This document shows, in pieces, positions 1-9,822 of a DNA stretch of 64,000 nt; position 1 is the first letter of the stretch; each line of letters starts with the position of its first letter. This DNA comes from Acidilobaceae archaeon. Its GTDB lineage: Archaea > Thermoproteota > Thermoprotei_A > Sulfolobales > Acidilobaceae. The stretch spans positions 14,703 through 78,702 of the forward strand of contig JALUAM010000002.1 in NCBI GenBank assembly GCA_027051095.1, written 5' to 3'. The position numbers and the translations under genes are program-made. The notes beneath the pieces are model-generated. The model did not search any database, was not told the DNA's origin, and saw only the letters and a program-made list of their open reading frames with translations.

Positions 1-477
1 TATCTCGGCTTCGTGGCTCTAGGCCTCGCAGACGCCATAGTAGAGATTACTGGGGTCCATGCAGGATTCCTTGGAGCGACAGCCACGACAATTGTAGCCG
101 GCGTTGCAGGCCTTATAGTGGGCTTGTCAGCTGCGATCTCGATGGCTGCAGCTGCGTACCTGCAGGCTAAGCACGAGGGTAACGAGAACCCGGGAGCTTC
201 CGCCGCCGCGACGGGTATAGCGTACTTCTTCGCCGTGGTAATGCTGGCCCTTCCATACTTCATAACTCATTCCAACGTGCTAGCGTTTATAGCCAGCGTT
301 GCAATAGCTGTGGCAATGGTGGCCTTCTTCACCTACTACAGCAGCGTGATAAATGATAGCGACTTCAAGAGGGAGCTAGCAGAAAGCCTAGGAGTATTAT
401 TCGGCACCGCGGCAGCAGCCTACATATTTGGCGACGTGCTGGGAAGCATATTCGGTATAAAGGAAATTATAGGTTAA
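1..477 (+). CDS. VIT1/CCC1-family membrane protein (5'-truncated by window edge)
   Basis: Frame is open from position 1; LGLADAIVEITG and GLIVGLSAAISMAAAAYL motifs with several TM helices typical of VIT1/CCC1. Confidence 0.8.
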   Translation, partial: YLGFVALGLADAIVEITGVHAGFLGATATTIVAGVAGLIVGLSAAISMAAAAYLQAKHEGNENPGASAAATGIAYFFAVVMLALPYFITHSNVLAFIASVAIAVAMVAFFTYYSSVINDSDFKRELAESLGVLFGTAAAAYIFGDVLGSIFGIKEIIG

Positions 478-563
478 AAGTGACGTGACATGTTATAATA
501 TTATATTATATGTTCTCTGTTACTAAAATGTGGATTTGGCGCATATAGGCCGGGCTGGTAGCG

Positions 564-1016
564 TTGAAAACACTGACCCACGTGGTGTTTGGCTTCGGGG
601 CGGCAATCTCTGTTATGAGCTTTCTCGGTGGGAGCCTCGGGGAGTCTTTATTCATATCCGTGTTAGCCGCCGGAATGCATCCAATAATAGACAGGTACTC
701 TCATGCCCGCGGGAGGCGGGGGGTATACCGAACTAGGCTCCTCCACAGCTTTGAAACGTTGATACCGCTAGCCTTAGCCGCGGGCTTTCTAGTAGGCTCA
801 GGCATGGGGACTGCTCAGGCTATTAGGGCGTCGCTTGCTTTCGCGGCTTCAGCTGCAAGCCACCTAGCCCTCGACATGCTGACCCCGGGCGGCGTGTTCC
901 TTGCGGGCAGGCGCGTGAGATACCCCGTCTTTAGATGGGACGATCCTCTGGCTAACACGGGCTTCTCCGCCATAGGAGTACTTCTCTCTGTGGCCGCCGT
1001 GGCATCCATGATATGA
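564..1016 (+). CDS. Membrane-bound metal-dependent hydrolase (YdjM/DUF457-like)
   Basis: N-terminal TH, R..LHS and SHLALDMLTPGG motifs; hydrophobic. Confidence 0.7.
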   Translation: MKTLTHVVFGFGAAISVMSFLGGSLGESLFISVLAAGMHPIIDRYSHARGRRGVYRTRLLHSFETLIPLALAAGFLVGSGMGTAQAIRASLAFAASAASHLALDMLTPGGVFLAGRRVRYPVFRWDDPLANTGFSAIGVLLSVAAVASMI

Positions 1017-1027
1017 CTTGATGGTTT

Positions 1028-2707
1028 CTAGGAGTGCGCGGTCTTCAAGCCCGGTAGCCTATTGACAACGAATGCTATGTCTTGAGGCCTTACATAGGCC
1101 AGATCGGGGCCTGGGCTCGACGTGATGTAACTGTAATCCCACTGCCACAGCCTCCTAGATATCTCCCTCGCTTCCCTAGCGATCAAAGCCCCCCTTTTAG
1201 ACGCTATCCTCAGCGCAGCTCTCACGGCGGTGGCTAGCTGTTGCTCCTCTTCCAGTTGCTTGAGGCTCCTCAGGTCGACAGGATTGGGCAGGTTCCTGGC
1301 CTCGAGCATTCTACCCCTCAGCTTAGGTTTTTCTAGTAGGAGAGGCTCCACTATGCGCCTTTCACGGGGCCTCTTATATGGCGGGCCTCTCTCGTACCCG
1401 ATAGATAAAAGCGCATTCTTAGCAGAGTCCCTATAGCTCGTCGCGTCCCTCGCTCTATACTCGTCCATAACGATTATCGAGTCGGCCTCGGCTAGCAAAG
1501 GTAGAGCGCCGCTAGCAACAATCACTACGCTCACGCCGCTCTCACGCATGGACGGAGCCACGTCACTGAGAGGATTAAGCGTTCTTTTACCAGTGATCTT
1601 CTCGGCCCAGTGGTCCCTGTGTATCATATTCGATGCCGCTTCATCCTCGTCTATAACTAGGACGCTTGACCCTGATTCTACGGCCTCTTGTATACTGGCT
1701 GCTAGGCTCGTAGCCCCGCTCGCGTCGGGCGTTGTGAAACACTCGGTGCTTCTACCCCCCGGCAAGCCGATTATGAGGCTTGAGACGTCTACGCATGAAA
1801 CCCACCTGCCGTTCTCGCTGTTAACGTAGAAAGCGTCGTGGACTGTGACGACTAGTTCCCTGCCATCGCCGGGCACATGATTCCACACCCCAGAGGATAT
1901 TGCTTCAGCCAGCGTAGTCTTCCCGTGGAACGCGGGCCCCGCTATCACGTTAAGCCCGCGTGGTATACCCATACCGCTGACAATCCTGCCGGTAGGCAGC
2001 TCCAGCTCAACCCTTAGGCTGCTAGGTGACTCAAAGGGGACTGCGTCTTCGAGAGGCTCCCAGCACCCCCCGCACTTTCTTGGCAGGATGGAGCCGTCGC
2101 CGACGAACGCTATAAGCTTCATAGCGCCAAGCCTACTCCGTATGTATTCCTGCTCAACCCAAGCGTTTACGTGGGACTTGAGCTTGTCCTCGCGCTCTTT
2201 TAGGATTCTAACGGCCTCTTTAATTATAGATGGCACTGAATGGAGTAGTAGCTCCTCGGCGATATCAGATAGGACCCTTCTGCGCCTAGCGGGGAGGCCT
2301 ACCCAGAGTCTAGCTACGAAGCCTAGCCTAGCGCCCCGCCCTCTTCTAACCTCTAGAGAGCTGCGAGGGATCATTATTGGTGACGGCTTGGGGATAGCTA
2401 TTCTCCCGCTATTGCCCTCTCCAACGCCCTTTAGGCTGTACCTACGCGCTAAGCCGTATATTAGCCTGTTTAGGAAATCGGCTACCGCTATGACTCTGTC
2501 ACCGCTTACAGCCCATTCCTGTAGTTCAACGTTGAAGCGGGCCTCTACAACGCTGGGAGGAGCGTATGGGTCGCCCTGAACCCTGGTAACTTTGACGTTC
2601 ACGCCGTCTACTTGTTCCTCGGCGCCGGCGAGTTCCTTATACGCCTTGTAGCCGCGGCCGTCGATCCTTTTGAGGACCTCAGCTATGCCTTTACGGCGTG
2701 GAGCCAA
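1028..2707 (-). CDS. Predicted ABC-class P-loop ATPase (COG3044 / ABC_ATPase family)
   Basis: IDGRGYKAYK, VQGDPYAPPS, Walker A GPAFHGKTT, Walker B LVIDED; start re-placed at TTG 2707 after GGTG because the ORF-track start lies inside the tRNA. Confidence 0.8.
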   Translation of the reverse strand: MAPRRKGIAEVLKRIDGRGYKAYKELAGAEEQVDGVNVKVTRVQGDPYAPPSVVEARFNVELQEWAVSGDRVIAVADFLNRLIYGLARRYSLKGVGEGNSGRIAIPKPSPIMIPRSSLEVRRGRGARLGFVARLWVGLPARRRRVLSDIAEELLLHSVPSIIKEAVRILKEREDKLKSHVNAWVEQEYIRSRLGAMKLIAFVGDGSILPRKCGGCWEPLEDAVPFESPSSLRVELELPTGRIVSGMGIPRGLNVIAGPAFHGKTTLAEAISSGVWNHVPGDGRELVVTVHDAFYVNSENGRWVSCVDVSSLIIGLPGGRSTECFTTPDASGATSLAASIQEAVESGSSVLVIDEDEAASNMIHRDHWAEKITGKRTLNPLSDVAPSMRESGVSVVIVASGALPLLAEADSIIVMDEYRARDATSYRDSAKNALLSIGYERGPPYKRPRERRIVEPLLLEKPKLRGRMLEARNLPNPVDLRSLKQLEEEQQLATAVRAALRIASKRGALIAREAREISRRLWQWDYSYITSSPGPDLAYVRPQDIAFVVNRLPGLKTAHS

Positions 2708-2781
2708 GGCTGTATACACCCGTATACGCAACCCCACGGTCCACGCCAGGGGTGTTAAAGCGTCGTGTGAGAAGGTGCTTG

Positions 2782-2858
2782 TGGTGGGCCCGGGGGGATT
2801 TGAACCCCCGACCACCCGGTTATCAGCCGGGCGCTCTACCGGGCTGAGCTACGGGCCC
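2782..2858 (-). tRNA. tRNA-Ile (GAU), intronless, CCA encoded
   Basis: Reverse complement GGGCCCGTAGCTCAGCCCGGTAGAGCGCCCGGCT-GAT-AACCGGGTGGTCGGGGGTTCAAATCCCCCCGGGCCCACCA folds as a cloverleaf. Confidence 0.97.
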
Positions 2859-3009
2859 CCGCCGTTTAATAATGGGTATTCGTGGTCAATCAAATTAAAG
2901 GTTGCTAGCGAGTGGACGGTCTCTATTTAAATGTTTACTCTCGATGCTACGGGGGTTGCCCTCTCATATCTTACTTAGCCTCGAAGATGGTATTCGAGGT
3001 GTGCTAGTA

Positions 3010-3477
3010 GTGGAAGCTGTAGGCTTTGACAAAAGCGTGGGCACAGCAGAGGATACATCGCTTGACGCACTTTTCTACGCTTCAAGCTTCCTCGAAGCAT
3101 TCTTGGCCTCGCTGAGAGCCGAGGGGGAGGCTCGGGAGAGATACCTGGCGCTGGCCAGTGTCGACTTGGAGCTAATGCTGGACGAGTTGAGGTATTACTT
3201 AAAGGCGAGGGAGGCTGTGGAGGCAGTGGAGACTGTAAGCGCTCGGCGCCTGGACGATCTAGCCTTGTCGCTGGGCGGTGACGTGCTGGAGAGGGCTCTG
3301 ACTAGTAGCGTTAAGGCTTTAGTGAACGGTTGGGGGCTCGACGTTGAGGCTGTTAGGATGCTGGCGGAAGCTTCAGGGTGGGGCGTCGACCCTGCAGGCA
3401 TGGACGAGGAGGTGGCGGCGTCTGCAACTGTGCTGACGTTCGTTGCTGCATTCAACAAGACCAAAGCAGCTTTTTAA
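3010..3477 (+). CDS. Hypothetical alpha-helical protein
   Basis: Open frame 2902-3477 with plausible composition; GAGGTG upstream of GTG at 3010. Confidence 0.55.
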   Translation: MEAVGFDKSVGTAEDTSLDALFYASSFLEAFLASLRAEGEARERYLALASVDLELMLDELRYYLKAREAVEAVETVSARRLDDLALSLGGDVLERALTSSVKALVNGWGLDVEAVRMLAEASGWGVDPAGMDEEVAASATVLTFVAAFNKTKAAF

Positions 3478-3566
3478 GCATTACTGCATGGAGGGGTTTA
3501 TCCTGTATTTAAAAGCTCCCTATATCCCCGTTATGCCTTAACTAAGTCATTGAAGGTGGCAGGGTT

Positions 3567-4760
3567 TTGGCTAGAAACGTCGCAATTGTGGGAACAGGTA
3601 TAGCCAAGTACGGCGTCAGGAACGACGTCAACATAGCAGAGCTGGCATGGGAGGCTATAAAGGAGGCTCTAGCCGAGGCCGGAGTGGAGGGCAAGGATAT
3701 AGACTTAATCGTAGTGGGCAACGCTGGAGGATGGAGTAGTGAGTACCTTCCCGGGATAGTGATAGCTGAGTATTCGGGCCTCAGCGGCAAGCCTATTTAC
3801 AGGGTTGAGGCGGCCTGCGCCACCGGGAGCGCCGCTATCAAGGCGGCTAGGGATGCTATAGCCTCCGGGGAGGCTGATATAGCCCTAGTCGTGGGAGTCG
3901 AGAAGATGAACGAGTCGCCCACGCCTATAGTTGTTGAGATGATAGGTAGGGCTGGCAACTACTTCTGGGAGTTCGAGAACTTCGGTCTAACCTTCCCTGG
4001 CTACTACGCCCTCTACGCCACGGCTTATATGAGCGAGTACGGTGCTACAGAGGAGGATCTGTGCATGGTGGCAGTGAAGAACCACTACTATGCAAGCTTC
4101 AACCCCAAAGCCCATTTCCCCCGGCGCATAAGTGTAGAGCAGTGCATGCAGTCGAGGTACGTTGCGTGGCCTGTGAAGTTGCTGGATAGCAGCCCTATCA
4201 GCGACGGCGCGGCAGCTGTAGTACTAGCCAGCGAGGACGTGGCTAAGAAGCTGACAGACTCGCCCGTATGGATAGAGGCTATAGGGGCGGCGAGCGATAC
4301 GAGCAACCTCAGCAAGAGGCCTGACTTCCTAGTACATAGGGCTAGCTTGTGGGCGGCTGAGAGAGCGTTCAAGAAGGCTGGGATACCCAGGGAGTCGAGC
4401 TTCAAGTACTTCGACTTCGCTAACGTCCACGACGCCTTCACAATAGCTGAGGTCCTAGCTTACGAGGCCCTAGGCTTCGCTAAGTGGGGAGAGGGCTACA
4501 AACTGATAAGGGAGGAGCAGACGTACAAGGGAGGCCTCATACCTGTAAACCTCGACGGCGGCCTGAAAGCCAAGGGCCACCCAATAGGGGCTACCGGTGT
4601 TGGAATGGCTGTAGAACACGTGAGACAGCTCCAGGGTAGAGTTGAGAAGGAAAGGCAGGCCGACATAAAGGTGGGGAGGAGCCTAGCCCATAATGTAGGC
4701 GGCACAGGCCACTACGCCTATGTCACGATCTATAGCCTATCCAAGCCTAGGAATGCCTAG
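3567..4760 (+). CDS. Thiolase (archaeal acetyl-CoA acetyltransferase, SCP2-like)
   Basis: VEAACATG catalytic Cys, HDAF, KGHPIGATG, HNVGG. Confidence 0.93.
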   Translation: MARNVAIVGTGIAKYGVRNDVNIAELAWEAIKEALAEAGVEGKDIDLIVVGNAGGWSSEYLPGIVIAEYSGLSGKPIYRVEAACATGSAAIKAARDAIASGEADIALVVGVEKMNESPTPIVVEMIGRAGNYFWEFENFGLTFPGYYALYATAYMSEYGATEEDLCMVAVKNHYYASFNPKAHFPRRISVEQCMQSRYVAWPVKLLDSSPISDGAAAVVLASEDVAKKLTDSPVWIEAIGAASDTSNLSKRPDFLVHRASLWAAERAFKKAGIPRESSFKYFDFANVHDAFTIAEVLAYEALGFAKWGEGYKLIREEQTYKGGLIPVNLDGGLKAKGHPIGATGVGMAVEHVRQLQGRVEKERQADIKVGRSLAHNVGGTGHYAYVTIYSLSKPRNA

Positions 4761-4774
4761 GAGGTGGATTATCA

Positions 4775-5326
4775 GTGAGCCAGAGGCGGGAGATGGAGGA
4801 GTTCCTGAAGCAGGTTGAGAGCTTCGTAAACGAGATGAAGAGGAGCATGGGGCTACCACTAGTGTTTGACCAGAAGACGGGCGCCGCGATGTGGTACGAC
4901 CAAAGGGAGCTAAGGCTGAGATTCACTATCAGTATAGAAAGGATAAGGAAGTTCTTCGAGGGGCTAACTCAGGGCAAGATACTAGCTACCCGCTGCAAGG
5001 AGACAGGCACGATATACTTCCCCCCGCAGGTCGACTGTCCGGACGCTCCGAACAGCGAGGTGGAGTGGATCGAGCTCCCCAGGGAGGGCACACTGCTGAC
5101 GTTCACAGTTATAAACGTTAAACCCTTCAGTTTCAGCCACTACGAGGACTACGTAGTTGGAGTCGGTAAGCTCGAAAACGGGGTTAACGTGTTAGCGTGG
5201 GTCAGGGGCGACCCTAGGAAGCTCAGGAGGGGCATGAAGGTTAGACTTGAAGTTGTGAAGAGGGAGCCTGAAGGATACCTTACATACGAGTGGGTGCCCC
5301 TTGAGGAGTCTAGCCGGGAAGGCTAG
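4775..5326 (+). CDS. DUF35 OB-fold (acyl-CoA-binding) thiolase partner
   Basis: RCKETG-IYFPP-DCP, GTLLTFTVI, GMKVRL; directly downstream of thiolase. Confidence 0.88.
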   Translation: MSQRREMEEFLKQVESFVNEMKRSMGLPLVFDQKTGAAMWYDQRELRLRFTISIERIRKFFEGLTQGKILATRCKETGTIYFPPQVDCPDAPNSEVEWIELPREGTLLTFTVINVKPFSFSHYEDYVVGVGKLENGVNVLAWVRGDPRKLRRGMKVRLEVVKREPEGYLTYEWVPLEESSREG

Positions 5327-6176
5327 GTCCCCGCGGCGAGTGCTTTATAGACGAACAAACTTTATCCCAATCAATAGCAGAATAGACATCCATTTTTAAT
5401 TTAATTTTATATATTTCTTCTAAGGCCCAGGCCTCCGTAGGGTGTAGCTCTGCGGGGAGCACTAAGCTGTAGACTCCTTCTGGAAGCCTAGCTCTGGCTA
5501 GGTCCTTTAAGAAGTTGAAACCATAGACTCTATGGGCCCCTTCGCCCCCCGCTTCTACTGCGAGGGCTGGTAGCTCGCCGAGGAAAGGTTCTAATCCTAA
5601 TTCCTTAGCCACCTCGCGCTCATAAGTTATTATAGTCTCGGCGGCTTCCTCCGGCCTTAGCTGCAAGCCATCGTCTCTTACATCGAGAAGTGCTAGTGTG
5701 TGGAGGCCCGCGCAGAGGTTAGAGTAAATGAAGGCTACGAGGGAATAGGGCTTAACTCCCCTCCAAGGGCCTGGCACTGTGACTGTCCTCCCGAAACGGT
5801 AATAGTGCAGCATGCTTGCAGCCTTGGCCGCGCAGACTCCTGAGACGCCGGGGTAGTATCTGGCTTCTATGCCGGCCCTCCTGGCCTCTGCTAGGAGGGC
5901 TACATGAGTAGTAGCTATCAAAGGGTCTCCCGGGACGAGTATAACTACGAGAAGCCGCGAGGCCTCGCTTATAATCCTTTGAGACCCTCCTTCTAGGTCG
6001 TCTCTGCTAGCCGCTACTACGCTGCTCCGGGCTATAGCCTTTACATAGTCTAGAATGTTAGATGCTCCGGGGCTCGTGTAGGTGTCGACATAAACCTTAT
6101 CCGCCCTCCTGAGTAGGTTCTCTACCTCGCGTGTGAGCATCCCAGCTTTATAGCCGGCCCCTGCGAGGACTAGCAT
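5310..6176 (-). CDS. dph5: Diphthine synthase
   Basis: VYVDTYTS, PGDPLIATTH, YRFGRTVTV, GLHTLALLD. Confidence 0.9.
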   Translation of the reverse strand: MLVLAGAGYKAGMLTREVENLLRRADKVYVDTYTSPGASNILDYVKAIARSSVVAASRDDLEGGSQRIISEASRLLVVILVPGDPLIATTHVALLAEARRAGIEARYYPGVSGVCAAKAASMLHYYRFGRTVTVPGPWRGVKPYSLVAFIYSNLCAGLHTLALLDVRDDGLQLRPEEAAETIITYEREVAKELGLEPFLGELPALAVEAGGEGAHRVYGFNFLKDLARARLPEGVYSLVLPAELHPTEAWALEEIYKIKLKMDVYSAIDWDKVCSSIKHSPRGPSLPG

Positions 6177-6248
6177 AACCGGCGCCCTCCGATAGGCATT
6201 GTCACGTATCAAGAGGAGTATAGAAGCTGGCGGGGGTCAGCACGCCTC

Positions 6249-7436
6249 ATGGGAGCGAGCAGCCGCAAAGTCGCGGTGATCCTAGCTGTGTCTCAGACCC
6301 TGTTCTGGGCGGGCTACGCCAGCTACTACGTCATAACTAGGAGGCTCGTGGAGAAGCAGATGGGAGGAGACTACTCCTTCGGGATTCTGCTTTCGGGGGC
6401 CGAGGAGGCCCCCCTAGTAGCTTCAATACTACTAGGCTACCTGGCGGACAGGTTTGGCAGAAGACGGGTTCTGCTGGCAGGGCTCATAGAAGCCGCTCTG
6501 GTAGCTCTAATGTCCTGGGCTCCTTTACAGTTATTCCCGTTTTTAGCGGCGGGCGCAGCTCTAGCATATGCCTTAGCGTATTCGTCCCTGCTAGGAATAA
6601 TTTTAGCTGAAAGTTACGGGAGTGGGATTAAATATAGTATAATTACATCTTTTGGTAGCCTTGGATGGGCTCTAGGAGGCTTACTGGGAGGCTTCTTCTA
6701 CGAGGCCTGGGGTCAGGTAGGCCTTACTGCATCGTCTATCCTCGTGGCGGCAGCTTACATGAACGTGTACATTTTTTATAGAGAGAAAGATGATGTTGAT
6801 ATCGCAGCGCCGCCGGCTAGGCTCGTAGTTGAAGGGCTCAAGTCTATATGGCTCTTGGTTGTGTCTATCTCGCTTGGCTGGGCCGCGCTAACTATATACT
6901 ATGGGGCGGTCAGCATAAGGCTGAGTCAGGAAGTGGAGAGTGACATAGCGTATGGGCTAGCGTTGACAACGTTGCCTGCCATCGCAGGCTTCCTGGTAAG
7001 GCCTCTGGCGGGTCTGGCGGCTGACAGGCTTGGAGGAGAGAGGCTGCTAGCTATTGTAAACGTTGCCTACGGGCTAGTAGCCTTTATGACTTTACCGGCG
7101 TCCGGATTATACCTGCTTTTGCTCTGGGTGACGCCGCTTTACCCGTTTAGGGACGTCGCTTCCAGCATATCAGTGTCTAGGAGGCTTCCCAGATCTCTTC
7201 AGGCCACGGCTGCTGGCATCTTATCGTTTACATCGAGTGTAGCGGGTTTCCTCGGCATAGCGTCGTCTTTGTCTCTTAATCCGTCATTTGCTGAGGCTCT
7301 CGCCTTAACTGCTGTTCTTTTGCTGGCGTCAAACGTAGCTCTATTACTGGATCTTAAGCCTGTGAGAGAGGGGGCCAGGTGCGGCGGGGGGCCTAGGAGG
7401 CAGGTTAAAGTTAAGGTTCCGTGCTCTCAGAGCTGA
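6249..7436 (+). CDS. MFS transporter
   Basis: GYLADRFGRRR motif A, repeated as GLAADRLG; about 12 hydrophobic segments. Confidence 0.85.
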   Translation: MGASSRKVAVILAVSQTLFWAGYASYYVITRRLVEKQMGGDYSFGILLSGAEEAPLVASILLGYLADRFGRRRVLLAGLIEAALVALMSWAPLQLFPFLAAGAALAYALAYSSLLGIILAESYGSGIKYSIITSFGSLGWALGGLLGGFFYEAWGQVGLTASSILVAAAYMNVYIFYREKDDVDIAAPPARLVVEGLKSIWLLVVSISLGWAALTIYYGAVSIRLSQEVESDIAYGLALTTLPAIAGFLVRPLAGLAADRLGGERLLAIVNVAYGLVAFMTLPASGLYLLLLWVTPLYPFRDVASSISVSRRLPRSLQATAAGILSFTSSVAGFLGIASSLSLNPSFAEALALTAVLLLASNVALLLDLKPVREGARCGGGPRRQVKVKVPCSQS

Positions 7437-7451
7437 TAGCCGGGGGCCTCG

Positions 7452-8759
7452 TTGAACCCGTGGGTTGTAACTAAGGCGCTTGAAGTATTGAGGAGCTATC
7501 CGCTCTGCGACCGCTGCCTAGGGAGGCTTTTCGCTAGGTTAGGATATGGTTGGAGCAATAAGGAGAGGGGTGATGCGATAAAGCGCGTGCTGGTAATGGA
7601 GTTGCATAAGGCCTCTAAGGAGGGTTCCATAGACGATGACGAGTTGAAAGAGGTCCTAGCGAACATAGGTTTTCAGGCCGGAGGCCTCTTTAAGCTTATC
7701 AAGGGAGGAGAGCTACAGCCTAGGCAATGCTATATATGTGGTGGCGTGCTTGACGAGGTCGTAGAGAAGGCCTATAGTAGCGGGATCTCGCTTCTAAAGG
7801 CATACGATATTAGGAGGTTCGTGGTCGGCGTTAAAGTCGAGGATAGAGGCATTATCGAGAGGGAGGAGGAGCTGAAGAGGAGGTTCGGCTTAGGCTACGG
7901 CGAGTCTGTAAAAAGCGAGGTGAGGAGGGAGGTAGGTAAGCGTATAAGAGATTCGGGTCTAGCAGAGGTAGACTTCTCCGAGCCCGAGGCAACCTTACTG
8001 GTCTACTTGCCCTCGGGCGAAGTAGATATACAGGTGAATAGCTATTTCGTGAAGGGCGTGTACTGGAAGCTTGCCAGGAACATAAGCCAGGCCTACTGGC
8101 CGAGCCCGGAGGGGCCGAGGTACTTTTCGGTCGAGCAAGCCCTATGGCCTCTGTTGAAGGTCATGGGCGCAGAGTCTGTAGTAGTGCATGCCGCCGGGAG
8201 GGAGGACGTCGACGCGAGGATGCTGGGTAGCGGGAGGCCGCTTATAGTCGAGGTCAAGAGGCCGAGAAGGAGGCGGCTCGACGTAAGGCTGCTCGAGGAG
8301 GAAGCGAATAAGGGCGGTAAGGGGCTTGTAAGGTTCAGGTTCGTGTCAACGGCTAGGAGAGCCGAGGTAAGGCTATATAAGGAGGAGACCGCGAGGGTGA
8401 GAAAGATCTACAGAGCCTTAGTCGCTGTGGATAGGGAGGTTGACGAAAGAGACATAGAGCTAGTTGAGAGTGAGTTCAGGAACCGTGTAGTGCTGCAGAG
8501 GACTCCTAAGAGGGTCGCTCATAGGAGGCCAGATATAGTCAGGAGGCGTACAGTCTACTCCGTGAGGTGCTCTCGCGTAGTAGGCGGGCTTATGGAGTGT
8601 CTAATAGAGGCTGAAGGAGGCTTATACATCAAGGAGCTTGTGAGCGGCGACGATGGCAGGACGTCTCCTAGCTTTGCGGAGGTCCTAGGCTCGAGGGCTG
8701 AATGCGTGGAACTCGACGTTGTGTGGGTTGAGAGGGAGGGCGTATCGGAGCAGTTCTAG
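7452..8759 (+). CDS. pus10: tRNA pseudouridine(54/55) synthase Pus10
   Basis: CDRCLGR and CYIC Zn site, AGREDVDARMLG, QRTPKRV, GGLYIKELVSGD. Confidence 0.95.
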   Translation: MNPWVVTKALEVLRSYPLCDRCLGRLFARLGYGWSNKERGDAIKRVLVMELHKASKEGSIDDDELKEVLANIGFQAGGLFKLIKGGELQPRQCYICGGVLDEVVEKAYSSGISLLKAYDIRRFVVGVKVEDRGIIEREEELKRRFGLGYGESVKSEVRREVGKRIRDSGLAEVDFSEPEATLLVYLPSGEVDIQVNSYFVKGVYWKLARNISQAYWPSPEGPRYFSVEQALWPLLKVMGAESVVVHAAGREDVDARMLGSGRPLIVEVKRPRRRRLDVRLLEEEANKGGKGLVRFRFVSTARRAEVRLYKEETARVRKIYRALVAVDREVDERDIELVESEFRNRVVLQRTPKRVAHRRPDIVRRRTVYSVRCSRVVGGLMECLIEAEGGLYIKELVSGDDGRTSPSFAEVLGSRAECVELDVVWVEREGVSEQF

Positions 8760-8760
8760 C

Positions 8761-9822
8761 TTACTTAACGAACACAAATATGGTTGTCCATAGGTCGCCG
8801 TGCCTAACCCGCTTCCTACCCATAACCTTGAAGCCCGCTTTAACCGCAGCTCTCTCGAGGAATACAGGCTCCGCTGTTATTATCGCAGCTCTACCGCCGC
8901 TCCTCATAACCTTGTACAGCTCGGGCATGAACTCCCTATACAATATTCTCACGTCGACGGGATCGCCAAGCCTTATACCGTATGGCGGGTTGCTTACAGC
9001 CACGTCTATGCTAGACTCCTCGAGGACCTCGGAGAGCTTGGTGGCATCCCAATGAATGACCTCTACCCTGTTACGGACTCTAGCGCTCTCGACGTTAAGC
9101 CTGGCGCCCTCCACGTGCCTCTTATTTATGTCTATGCAGTAGACTTTGCTGTTCTCGAAGAGTAGGGCAGCCTCTATGGCAACCGTGCCCCCTCCACACA
9201 TAGGGTCTAGTATGGTGTCGCCGTCTTTCGCCTGGGCCATGCGCAGCATGGTATAGGCTAGCGTGGCTTTAAGCGCAGCCGGATGATCGTAGACTCTATA
9301 CCTCCTTCTATGCCTGCTTCTTTCGCCGGTAACTAGCACTCCCACCCTTAGCAGGTCGTCTTCGACCTCAGCGCTGATTATAGTTGAGGGCGAGTTGAGC
9401 CTGACCATGGGTCTCCACCCTAGCTCCTCTTCGGCGGCTAGCTGGACAGCCTCGCCTACAGCCGCTGCAAGCTCTATACTCGTGTATTCGTGGCCCTCTC
9501 CGATCCTCTCAGCCCTGACGGCGAATGTGCCACCGAACGGTATGAACATGTGAGCCCTCGACTCCATAGCCAGCCTCTTCGCCTCCTCGAGGCCAGACCT
9601 GCTGAGGCTTATCCTACCCTCCTTGAGTAGTAGAGATACCGCGTGGACGCTCCTCAGCTGGTAGAGCTGTTCCATGACCAGCCAGGCCCTGCCCTTCGAC
9701 TCGAAGACTACCCTACCCCTCCCCTCCCTAACCTCCAGGATTCTAGCCTTTTCCACCTCCCACTCAATCTCCTCCGCTGCTACCTCCTCCGCCCCCGGGT
9801 TGCAGGTAGCGAGGAACCTCAT
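8761..9822 (-). CDS. trm14: THUMP-domain tRNA (guanine-N2)-methyltransferase, Trm14/TrmN type
   Basis: THUMP region, HPAAL, DPMCGGGT, NPPYG. Confidence 0.85.
   Translation of the reverse strand: MRFLATCNPGAEEVAAEEIEWEVEKARILEVREGRGRVVFESKGRAWLVMEQLYQLRSVHAVSLLLKEGRISLSRSGLEEAKRLAMESRAHMFIPFGGTFAVRAERIGEGHEYTSIELAAAVGEAVQLAAEEELGWRPMVRLNSPSTIISAEVEDDLLRVGVLVTGERSRHRRRYRVYDHPAALKATLAYTMLRMAQAKDGDTILDPMCGGGTVAIEAALLFENSKVYCIDINKRHVEGARLNVESARVRNRVEVIHWDATKLSEVLEESSIDVAVSNPPYGIRLGDPVDVRILYREFMPELYKVMRSGGRAAIITAEPVFLERAAVKAGFKVMGRKRVRHGDLWTTIFVFVK

Noticed and set aside
491-510. AT palindrome TATAATATTATA
   Set aside because: Low-complexity promoter/terminator DNA; no independent support as an operator
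2708-2815. N-terminal 36 codons of ORF 1028..2815
   Set aside because: They run through the tRNA-Ile T-arm (GGSNPP is a tRNA shadow); the real start is likely TTG 2707
2782-2858. tRNA-Ile as an integration site of a provirus or island
   Set aside because: No duplicated tRNA 3' half, integrase or viral genes seen in the window
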